Assembly: GCA_036501145.1 (NCBI GenBank)
Contig: DASYAV010000155.1
Span: forward strand, 6,164 to 70,163
Reading direction: 5' to 3'
Length of the DNA: 64,000 bases
From: Streptosporangiaceae bacterium
Lineage (GTDB): Bacteria; Actinomycetota; Actinomycetes; Streptosporangiales; Streptosporangiaceae
In this document: positions 30,599 through 39,700 of the stretch, piece by piece
Position numbering within the stretch: the first letter of the stretch is position 1
Layout: each line of letters begins with the position of its first letter
Made by a program: the position numbers and the translations under genes
The notes under the pieces: model-generated
Seen by the model: only the letters and a program-made list of their open reading frames with translations
The model's database searches: none
Told to the model about the DNA's origin: nothing

Positions 30599-33500
30599 AT
30601 GGCATCGCGCACGCTCCATGGAAGGCGGGGCATCGGCCTCGCAACCGCGGCAGTTCTGCTGATCCCGCTCTGCGCGGTGGCCACCGGCCCGCCCGCGGCG
30701 GCTCAGGCAGCCCAGGCAACCGCCCGGGCGTCCGCCCACAGACCGGCACGGCCGGCCGGGCGGACGGCGGCCACCGCGGACCCGTCGTGCCCGTGGCTGC
30801 ATTCGGCCGCGCCGCCGGCGCAGCGGGCCGCGGAGCTGCTCAGCCAGATGACACTCGACGAGAAACTCGGCATGCTCGGGCTGGCCAACAGCTCCGACGG
30901 GTACGAGAACGTCACCACCGCCGTCCCGTCGCTGTGCATCCCGCGGCTCGTCCTGCAGGACGGGCCGGCCGGGATCACCGCCGGGCCGGCCGGATCGCAC
31001 ACCCAGCTGCCCGCCCCGATCGACGTCGGCGCCAGCTTCGACACCGCCCTGGCGCGCGAGTACGGCGAGATCCAGGGCAGCGAGGCGGCGGCCAAGGGCA
31101 TCGACGCCGTGCAGGGCCCGGACGTCAACATCGCCCGGGTGCCCCAGGGCGGCCGGGACACCGAGGGTTACGGCGAAGACCCGTATCTGTCCGGCCAGCT
31201 CGGCACGGCCGACGCCCAGGGCATCCACAGCCAGGGCGCGATGGCGATGGTCAAGCACTTCGACGACTACAACCAGGAAGCCGGCCGCAACACGCCACAG
31301 GACAACGAGATCGTCTCGGCCAGGACGCTGCATGAGATCTACATGCCTGCCTTCCAGGACGTGCTGCAGGACGGCCACGCGGCCTCGGTGATGTGCTCCT
31401 ACGCCATGATCAACGGCGTGTTCTCCTGCCAGGATCCGCAACTGCTCACCGATGTGCTGCGTGACCAGTGGGGCTTTCAGGGATTCATCCGCTCCGACCT
31501 GGGCGCGGTGCACGACACCGTGCAGGCCTTCACCGCGGGCATCGGCCAGGTCAAGCCCGATGCGACCGGCGCCGTGACGGCGGCGGTGAGCGACGGCCAG
31601 ATCCCCATGGCCACCGTCAACGCCGCGGTCAGCAGCGTGCTCACCGCCATGTTCGGCTACGGCGTGTTCAACCGGGCACCAGCCGGCACCGCCAGCACCG
31701 GCGCCTCGACGCCCGCGCACCAGGCCGGGGCGACCGCCCTGGCCGAGCAGGGCAGCGTGCTGCTGCAGAACACCGGCCAGACCCTCCCGCTCAGCACGGC
31801 CGCGGCCGGATCCATCGCCGTCATCGGCGCCGACGGGGGCAGCGCCGCCGAGACGGCCATGACCTCCGGCAGCAGCGCCTACGTCAGCGCGGCCAGCGTG
31901 GTCACGCCCTACCAGGGCATCTCGGCCGCCGCCGGGCCAGGCGTCACGGTCAGCTACAACGACGGGAGCAGCCTGACCTCGGCCGCGGCCGCAGCGGCCG
32001 CCGCGAAGACCGCGGTCGTCTTCGTCAATGATCCGGCCGGCGAAGGGGCCGACCTGAAGTCGCTGAGCCTCCCGGGCAGCCAGGACCAGCTCGTCGAGGC
32101 CGTGGCCGCGGCCAACCCGGACACGGTCGTGGTGATCAACAGCGGCAACCCGGTGCTGATGCCGTGGCTCAGCCAGGTCAAGGCGGTCATCGAGGCCTGG
32201 TACCCGGGCCAGCAGGACGGCAGCGCCATCGCGGCGCTGCTGTTCGGCACCGTGGACCCGTCCGGCAAGCTGCCGGTGACCTTCCCGCAGAGCGCGGCGG
32301 ACACCCCGACGAGCAGCCCTCAGCAGTACCCCGGCCAGGACGGCCAGATCGACTACTCCGAAGGGCTCGATGTCGGGTACCGCGGATACGACGCCGACGG
32401 CATCACGCCACTGTTCCCGTTCGGGTACGGCCTGTCGTACACCACGTTCGGCTTCAGCGGCCTGAGCGTCACACCCGGCGCCACAACCTCGCTGGGCCGG
32501 ATCCAGGTCGCGGCGACCGTGACCAACACCGGCAGCCGGGCCGGGGCGGACGTGGCCCAGCTCTACCTCGGCGACCCGGCCTCCGCCGGGGAACCGCCAC
32601 GCCAGCTCAGGGGCTTCCAGAAGGTCGCCCTGGCCCCCGGCCAGTCCGCCCGGGTGCACTTCACCCTCACCCCCGCCGACCTGTCCTCCTGGGACAGCGG
32701 CAGCCAGGCCTGGCAGGTGCCGGCCGGCGGCTACCAGGTGTATGTGGGTGACTCCTCGGCCCTGGCCGGCCTGCCGCTGCGCGGCGGCTTCGAGGTGACG
32801 GGCACCACCGGCACCCGGCACGCCACCGTCACCGCCCCCGGCCAGGCCGAGGCGGGCAAGCCGTTCACCGTCACCGGCACGCTGTCCGGCGGCGGGAACC
32901 TCACGGTCGCGGGCGCCAGGCTGGCCCTCACCGCGCCGCCCGGCTGGCGGGTCACCCCGGGCAGGCCGGTCACCGCCGGCACCCTGGGCCCGGGCCAGGC
33001 GCTCACCGGGTCCTGGCAGGTCACCGCCCCGGCCACCGCCCAGGACAACACCGGCCAGCTCACCGCCACCGCCACTTATCAGGGACCGGGAGGCACCGCC
33101 ACCAGCACGAGCGGCGCCCAGATCACCGTGGCCCCGCTGGTCACCACCACCGTCAGCCCGCAGCCCATCCTGACCCAGCCCGGCCAGGGCGTCACCGCCA
33201 CCGTGACGAACACCGACTCCAGCGGCTACCCGGTCCGGGTGGCCTGGGCCGCCAGCCCACCCGCCGGATCCGGGATCACCGTCAGCCCCGGCTCCGGCAC
33301 CGCCACCCTGGCCCCCGGCGGCACCGCCAGCGCACAGGTCTCGGTGAGCGCCAGCACCCCCGGCAGCAGTCTCCTCCCGGTCACCACCACGGTGACCGCA
33401 GACGGCGCCACCTTGCCAGGCTCGGGGGCCTATCCGCAGGTCACCGTGCCCTACCCGACGACGGCCGCGGCGTTCGGCAACACCGGGATCACCGATGACT

Positions 33501-34021
33501 CCGATCACACCCCGGGGAACTTCGACGGGTACGGCAACAGCTACTCCGCCGAGGCGCTGGCCAACGCCGGCATCGTCCCGGGCTCGCCGGTCACCGCGGG
33601 TGGTGTCACGTACAGCTGGCCGGGTGTGCCCGCCGGGCAGAACGACAACGTCGTGGCCAGCGGGCAGACCATCGCGGTGCCCGGGTCTGGGAGCACGCTC
33701 GGGTTCCTCGGCGCGGCGGACAACGGGGACGCCTCGGGAACCGGGACCATCGTCTACACCGACGGCAGCACGCAGCAGTACACCATCGGGTTCGCCAACT
33801 GGATCGACAGCACACCGATCGACGGCGACACCCTCGTCGCCACCACGGCGTACTTCAACCGCACCACCCCGGGGTCGGCCCGCACCCCCAGCGTGTTCGC
33901 CGCCTCGGTCCCGCTGCAGGCCGGCAAGACCGTCGCCTATGTGACGCTGCCCGACGTCAGCGGCAGCACGGTGAGCAGCAGCACGGTGTCCATGCACATC
34001 TTCGCGATCGGCACCGGATGA
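30599..34021 (+). CDS. secreted GH3 beta-glucosidase/xylosidase-type hydrolase + Fn3-like + two NEW3-like domains + shared C-terminal module
   Basis: ATG 30599 (MASRTLHGRRGIGLATAAVLL signal). GH3 motifs SQMTLDEKLGML and GFIRSDLGAV (nucleophile region). Confidence 0.9.
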   Translation: MASRTLHGRRGIGLATAAVLLIPLCAVATGPPAAAQAAQATARASAHRPARPAGRTAATADPSCPWLHSAAPPAQRAAELLSQMTLDEKLGMLGLANSSDGYENVTTAVPSLCIPRLVLQDGPAGITAGPAGSHTQLPAPIDVGASFDTALAREYGEIQGSEAAAKGIDAVQGPDVNIARVPQGGRDTEGYGEDPYLSGQLGTADAQGIHSQGAMAMVKHFDDYNQEAGRNTPQDNEIVSARTLHEIYMPAFQDVLQDGHAASVMCSYAMINGVFSCQDPQLLTDVLRDQWGFQGFIRSDLGAVHDTVQAFTAGIGQVKPDATGAVTAAVSDGQIPMATVNAAVSSVLTAMFGYGVFNRAPAGTASTGASTPAHQAGATALAEQGSVLLQNTGQTLPLSTAAAGSIAVIGADGGSAAETAMTSGSSAYVSAASVVTPYQGISAAAGPGVTVSYNDGSSLTSAAAAAAAAKTAVVFVNDPAGEGADLKSLSLPGSQDQLVEAVAAANPDTVVVINSGNPVLMPWLSQVKAVIEAWYPGQQDGSAIAALLFGTVDPSGKLPVTFPQSAADTPTSSPQQYPGQDGQIDYSEGLDVGYRGYDADGITPLFPFGYGLSYTTFGFSGLSVTPGATTSLGRIQVAATVTNTGSRAGADVAQLYLGDPASAGEPPRQLRGFQKVALAPGQSARVHFTLTPADLSSWDSGSQAWQVPAGGYQVYVGDSSALAGLPLRGGFEVTGTTGTRHATVTAPGQAEAGKPFTVTGTLSGGGNLTVAGARLALTAPPGWRVTPGRPVTAGTLGPGQALTGSWQVTAPATAQDNTGQLTATATYQGPGGTATSTSGAQITVAPLVTTTVSPQPILTQPGQGVTATVTNTDSSGYPVRVAWAASPPAGSGITVSPGSGTATLAPGGTASAQVSVSASTPGSSLLPVTTTVTADGATLPGSGAYPQVTVPYPTTAAAFGNTGITDDSDHTPGNFDGYGNSYSAEALANAGIVPGSPVTAGGVTYSWPGVPAGQNDNVVASGQTIAVPGSGSTLGFLGAADNGDASGTGTIVYTDGSTQQYTIGFANWIDSTPIDGDTLVATTAYFNRTTPGSARTPSVFAASVPLQAGKTVAYVTLPDVSGSTVSSSTVSMHIFAIGTG

Positions 34022-34129
34022 GCCGGGGTGGGGCTAGCACCAGGGCCGGCCGGGGGGGTAGCGGGATTCCCCTGGTAGGGCCGCCGCACGTACCGTCGGG
34101 CAGGGACAGGCGCGACAGACGGAGGCGGC

Positions 34130-34597
34130 ATGCAGACCAACCACCGCAACGAGATCGCCGCCTCGCTGGCCGCACAGCAGAGCCTCGGCTCCGGCTACGA
34201 CGAGGCACTGGCCGAAGGCCTGGTGGAGCGGATCGGCGAGGAGATCGACCAGCGGATCGAGGCCCGGGTCGACCAGCGGATCACCGGGGAGGCCGACAGC
34301 CCGCCAGGCAGCGGGCCGCACCTGGACTGCCGGCATGCCCGCCGGGTGCAGCGCCGCGCCACGCGGCAGGCCGAGCGGGCCGAGCGGGCCGGGCGGCCGT
34401 CGGTCACGCTGGCGCTCGGCTCGCTGGCGGGCGCCATCCTGGCCAGCCTCACGGTGCTGCTCACCAGCGAGACCAACGTCGCCACGAGCAACGGGTTCAC
34501 CAAGACCGGGCCGACCGGCTCGGCGCTGTTCCTCACCGCGCTCATCTGGATCGTCATCGGGGTCATCAACGTCGTGCACGCCCGCAGGCGGCTCTGA
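34130..34597 (+). CDS. hypothetical membrane protein (helical N-domain, two C-terminal TM segments)
   Basis: GGAGG RBS before ATG 34130. High GC3. No family I can name. Confidence 0.55.
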   Translation: MQTNHRNEIAASLAAQQSLGSGYDEALAEGLVERIGEEIDQRIEARVDQRITGEADSPPGSGPHLDCRHARRVQRRATRQAERAERAGRPSVTLALGSLAGAILASLTVLLTSETNVATSNGFTKTGPTGSALFLTALIWIVIGVINVVHARRRL

Positions 34598-34640
34598 GCA
34601 CCGCGGGCGGCTCTGCACACCGCGGGCGGCTCGCCGCATC
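34581..34640 (+). repeat. three imperfect 20-nt tandem units straddling the stop of the 34130..34597 gene
   Basis: cccgcaggcggctctgagca / ccgcgggcggctctgcacac / cgcgggcggctcgccgcatc. Confidence 0.75.
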
Positions 34641-34766
34641 GCCGGCGGTGCTGACCACCGCGAGGCGGCGACGGAGCCGCCGGATAGCATCGGCATCGCT
34701 AGGACGGGCGCGGCCGGCGGCATCCGCCCGGCCCGCACGACCCCCGGTCCAGACGAGAGGACAGCG

Positions 34767-35690
34767 ATGACCACGGGCGCGACGTTTGTCCCGGCCGGCG
34801 TGATGGTGGCGCTGGCGACCCCGGTGCACGCCGACGGGAAGCTCGACGGCGGCGGGCTCGAGCGCCTGGTCAGCCGGGTGATCTCCGGCGGCGTCGACGG
34901 GATAAGCCCGCTCGGCTCCACCGGCGAGGGAGCCCGGTTCACCCGCGCCCAGCGGGTGGAGGTCTGCCGCCGGGTGCGTGAGCTGACCCCGCCCGGCATG
35001 CCGGTCATCCCGGGCCTGCCCCTGGTCACGCCGGCCGAAGGGCCCGCCGAACTGGACGCGCTGGCCGAGGCCGGCGCCACCGCGGCGCTGGTGGCGCCGC
35101 CCTACTACTACCCGCTGTCCGACGACGGCGTGCTGCGGGTCTACGAGACGCTCGCCGAGAGCTCCCCCATCCCGCTGGTGCTCTACAACATCCCGGTGTT
35201 CACCAAGATCAGCATCGCGCCCGCGGTGGTCGGGCGGCTGGCCGCCCACCCGGCCATCGCCGGGATCAAGGATTCCAGCCGCGACATGGACTACCAGGCC
35301 AAGGTCATCGAGGCGACGGCGGGCGCCGAGTTCCGCGTGCTCACCGGGGCCGACACCCTGCTGGTCGTCGGCCTCACCCTGGGCGCGGCCGGCATCATCG
35401 GGGCCAGCGCCAACCTGGTGCCCGAGCTGACCGCCGGGGTGTACCGGGCCTTCACGGCCGGCGACCTGGCCACGGCAAAGAGCGTGCAGCAGCGACTGTC
35501 CCGGATCACCAGCGCCTGCCGGGTGGGCTACCCGCCGGCCGGCTGGAAGGCGGCCCTGCAGATCGCCGGCGTGTGCGGCCCCGACCTGGTCCCGCCCGGC
35601 ACCCGGCTGCCGGCCGACCAGCACGCCCGGCTCGCTGAGCAGCTGACCGCCGAGGGCCTGGCAGCCGCCCAGGCCGGGGCCGGCCGGTGA
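34767..35690 (+). CDS. DapA/NAL-family class I aldolase (candidate 2-keto-3-deoxy-sugar-acid aldolase)
   Basis: ATG 34767. GSTGEG, YNIP and Schiff-base lysine in IAGIKDSS. Confidence 0.85.
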   Translation: MTTGATFVPAGVMVALATPVHADGKLDGGGLERLVSRVISGGVDGISPLGSTGEGARFTRAQRVEVCRRVRELTPPGMPVIPGLPLVTPAEGPAELDALAEAGATAALVAPPYYYPLSDDGVLRVYETLAESSPIPLVLYNIPVFTKISIAPAVVGRLAAHPAIAGIKDSSRDMDYQAKVIEATAGAEFRVLTGADTLLVVGLTLGAAGIIGASANLVPELTAGVYRAFTAGDLATAKSVQQRLSRITSACRVGYPPAGWKAALQIAGVCGPDLVPPGTRLPADQHARLAEQLTAEGLAAAQAGAGR

Positions 35691-36577
35691 CCGGTACCGC
35701 TGCCCCGCAACCGGTCACCGCGCCGGCACAGCTGGCCGAGAGCCCGATCTGGGACGCCGGCACGCGGACGCTGCTGTGGGTGGACATCCCGCCCGGGGAC
35801 GTGCACCGGTTCGACCCGGCCACCGGCCAGGACACCGCGACGCACGTGGGCGTGCCGGTCGGGGCGGTGGCGGCGCGCCGCGGCGGCGGGCTCATCCTCG
35901 CCGCGGGGCTCGGCTTCGCCACCCTGGACGAGGCGTCAGGGACGGTGGACTGGCTGTGGTCCGGCGGGCTCGGGGACAGGATGAACGACGGCAAGTGCGA
36001 CCCGGCGGGCCGGTTCCTGGCCGGCACGCTCACCCACGCCCGCGACCCGGGCGCGTGCGCGCTGTACCGGCTGGACCCGGCCGTGCAGGAAGGCAGCCCG
36101 CCGCGGGTCAGCGTCCTGCTGAACGGCGTGACGCTGTCCAACGGCCTGGGCTGGAGCCCGGCGGGCGACGTGATGTACTTCGCCGACACCCCGCTGGAGC
36201 GGGTTGACGTGCTGGACTACGATCCAGGCACCGGCGAGGCCAGCGGCCGCCGCCTGTTCGTGGACCTGCACGACGTGCCGGGCAGGCCGGACGGGCTGAC
36301 GGTGGACAGCGAAGGGGCGGTCTGGATCGCCATGTCCCGCGGCGGCGCGGTGCGCCGGTACACGCCGGACGGACGGCTGGACCGGGTGATCGAGTTCCCG
36401 GTTCGGCTGGTCACCAGCGTCAGCTTCGGCGGCGACGGCCTCGGCGACCTGTACGTGACCACCTCGCGGGAGAACCTGGCCGACAGTGACCTGGCCAGCC
36501 AGCCGCTGGCCGGTTCGGTCTTCGTAGTCCCCGGCACCGGGGTGCGCGGCCTGCCCGCCTGCAGCTACGCGGGCTGA
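35687..36577 (+). CDS. SMP-30/gluconolactonase/LRE-family lactonase
   Basis: GTGA overlap with the aldolase gene. AESPIWD, SNGLGWSP, PDGLTVD and LYVTTS beta-propeller motifs. Confidence 0.85.
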   Translation: MTGTAAPQPVTAPAQLAESPIWDAGTRTLLWVDIPPGDVHRFDPATGQDTATHVGVPVGAVAARRGGGLILAAGLGFATLDEASGTVDWLWSGGLGDRMNDGKCDPAGRFLAGTLTHARDPGACALYRLDPAVQEGSPPRVSVLLNGVTLSNGLGWSPAGDVMYFADTPLERVDVLDYDPGTGEASGRRLFVDLHDVPGRPDGLTVDSEGAVWIAMSRGGAVRRYTPDGRLDRVIEFPVRLVTSVSFGGDGLGDLYVTTSRENLADSDLASQPLAGSVFVVPGTGVRGLPACSYAG

Positions 36578-36722
36578 GCCCACCGGCCGCTGACTCCGCC
36601 GCGGCCCGCTCCCCGGCGCCGCGGCTCGGGATGGCCGCCGGGAGAACTTCCTCACCCTAAGTAATCTAACCCGGTCATATATTGACCCTTCACGCCTCCC
36701 CGACTTATCGTCTTGTTTCGGT

Positions 36723-36738
36723 CAGTGGTCTGACCTCA
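36723..36738. promoter_or_regulatory. predicted operator, site 6 (CAGTGGTCTGACCTCA), upstream of GH2
   Basis: 43 nt upstream of GTG 36781. Downstream of TTGACC (36682-36687), an 18-nt spacer and TATCGT. Confidence 0.65.
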
Positions 36739-36780
36739 GAGCACCTCCCCGAGCCGCGCTCAAGACGAGAGGGCAAGCAG

Positions 36781-39700
36781 GTGGCCAACCCCCCGCACGG
36801 AACAGCAGCCCGCCCATCAGCCACGCGCCAGACATCAAAGATCGCCGACGTTTCCAGGCGCGGTTTCCTGCGCGCCGCCGCGGGCGCCGGGACCGGGCTG
36901 GCCGCCTGGTCGCTGCTGGGCAGCGCGAGCCCGGCGCTGGCCGCCACCTTCGGCGGCCGCCGCGCGGCGGCCGCGAACGGCCCGGCCAGCCTCACTGCCG
37001 CGCTGAACGCCGACTGGCTGTTCGGCGGCGTCGCGACGTCAGGCAGCAGCGACCCGGGATTCAACGACTCCGGCTTCGCCCGTGTCACGGTGCCGCACGT
37101 GGTCACCCCGCTGTCCTGGCGGGACTGGAACCCGGCCGCCTGGCAGCAGGTGTGGATCTACCGCCGCCACTTCGACCTGCCGCCCGGCATGGCGAAACTG
37201 CGCGCCTTCGCCACCTTCCAGGGGGCGATGACCACCGCGACCCCGACCTTCAACGGAACGCAGCTCAGCCAGCACCAGGGCGGCTACCTGCCGTTCGGCT
37301 ACGAGCTGACCAGCCAGTTGCAGGCGCGGGGCAATGTGCTCGCCGTCGCGCTCGACGCCACCTGGCAGAACGTGCCGCCCGACGGCAACCCGGGCGGCGC
37401 CACGTCGGTGGACTACCTCGAGCCCGGCGGCCTGTACCGCGAGGTGGCCCTGCAGTTCGTCCCCCAGGTTTTCATCGCGGACGTGTTCGCCAGCCCCACC
37501 CAGGTGCTCTCCTCCTCGCCCGGGGTGTCGGTGCAAGCCACGGTGGACGCGGCCGTGGTGCCCAGCGCCCCGGTCAGCGCGGTGGCCAGGCTGCAGTCCG
37601 GCGGCCGCACCCTGGCCACCGTGTCGGCGCCGGTGCAGATCAGCCAGGCCGGCCAGGTCACGGTGAACCTCCAGCTGACCCAGCTGGGTTCCATCGAGCT
37701 GTGGGACAACGACAATCCCAGCCTGTACAACGTGGTGGTCACGCTGACCATCGGCGGCCAGCCGGTGCACGACTTCACCCGCCGGATCGGGTTCCGCGAG
37801 GCGGTGTTCCAGTCTGACGGGTTCTTCCTCAACGGCAACCGGGTGAAGCTGTTCGGCCTGAACCGGCACCAGATCTTCCCCTACGCCGGGATGGGCATGC
37901 CGGCCCGCGTCCAGGCCCGCGACGCGCAGCTGCTCAAGCAGCTCAACTGCAACATGGTCCGCTGCTCGCACTACCCGCAGTCCCCCGACTTCCTGGACGC
38001 CTGCGACGAGCTGGGCATCATGCTGTGGGAGGAGACCCCCGGCTGGGGCTACCTCGGCAACGCCGCCTGGCAGCAGATCTTCCTGGCGAACGTGCACGAC
38101 ATGGTGGTCCGCGACCGCAGCAGGCCCTCGGTGATCATCTGGGGCGTGCAGCCCAACGAGGCACCCAGGAACGAGACCCTCTACGACCAGTCCAAGGGGA
38201 TCGCCAACCAGCTCGACGGCACCCGTCCCACCTCGGGCACCGAGACCGCCTACAACACCACGGACTGGGACCAGGACGTCTTCGCCTACGACGACTACCA
38301 CAGCAGCAACGGCAACGCCGTGCTGGAACCACCGCTGCCCGGCGTGCCCGCCTACCTGGTCACCGAGGCCGTCGGGGCGCTGGACGGGGCGCCTTTCTAC
38401 CGCTGGATCGACACCCAGGACGTCCAGCAACTGCAGGCGAAGATGCACGCCCAGGTGCACGACATCGCGGCCTCGCAGGACGCCTACTGCGGGCTGCTCG
38501 GCTGGTGCGGCATCGACTACGACTCGCTCAACGGCAACATCTACACCGACGTCAAGTGGCCGGGCGTCACCGACACGTTCCGCTTGATGAAGCCGGGCGC
38601 CGCGTTCTACCTGTCCCAGCGCGACCCGGCCACCGGGCCGGTCATCGAGCCGTCCTTCTACTGGGACTTCAACCCGTACTCCCCCGTCACCGTGCTCGGC
38701 GGCACCGCGACGATCTGGTCGAACTGCGACACGATCAAGGTGTACCTGAACGGCGCGCCGCAGGCCACGCTGAGCCCGGACACCACCGGCTACCCAAACC
38801 TGGACTACCCGCCGTTCCAGTTCGACGTCAGCCAGATCGACGGCTCGGACCTGCCCGAACTGCGGCTCGACGGCTACATCGGCTCCCGGCTGGTGCTTTC
38901 GCGGTCGTTCGCCGCCAGCACCGCGGGCGACCGGCTCGAGCTGACCGTGGACGACACCCATCTCGTCGCCGACGGCTCGGACGCGACCCGGGTGGCCTTC
39001 CGCGCCGTGGACCGGTTCGGCGCCCCGCGCCCCTACGTCAGCGGAGACGTCACCGTGTCGGTGCAGGGGCCGGCGGTGTGGCTGGGCCAGGTGCTCAACC
39101 TGGCCAGCTCGGCCGACCCGGTGCAGGTCCAGCCGGGACAGCAGAGCGCGGTGGGCCTCACCCTGGTCAACGGGGGCTTCCCGTTCGCCGCCAACGGCGG
39201 CGTCGGCGGTGTCTACCTGCGGACCCTGCCGGGCCAGCCCGGCGAGATCACCGTCACCGTCAGCCACCCGGCGCTGGGCCGTGCGACGGCGCGCATCACC
39301 GCCACCGCGCCACCGCCGTCTCCGCCCTGGCTCGACCCGCCCGGTGGGCAGCAGCCCACCCCGGAGCAGGCGATGACCTTCACCGGTATCAGCCTGGCGC
39401 TGGACGTGCCGTCCGGGTGGTCGGCCAGTGCGACCTCCCCCACCAGCTTCACCAGCCTCGCCCCCGGCGCGAAAGCCACCGCCACCTGGAACGTCACCGC
39501 GCCGTCATCGGGCACCCAGGGCGGCACGGTCACCGCGTCGGCCAGTTTCACACTGGACGGCAGCCAGGTCAGCCAGGGCACCGACGTGCCCATCTCGCTG
39601 GTGACCAGCCTGGCCGACGCGTTCAGCAACACCGGCATCAGCGACGACTCAGACGTCACGTCGGCCAACTTCGACGGCGTCGGCAACAGCTTCTCCGCGC

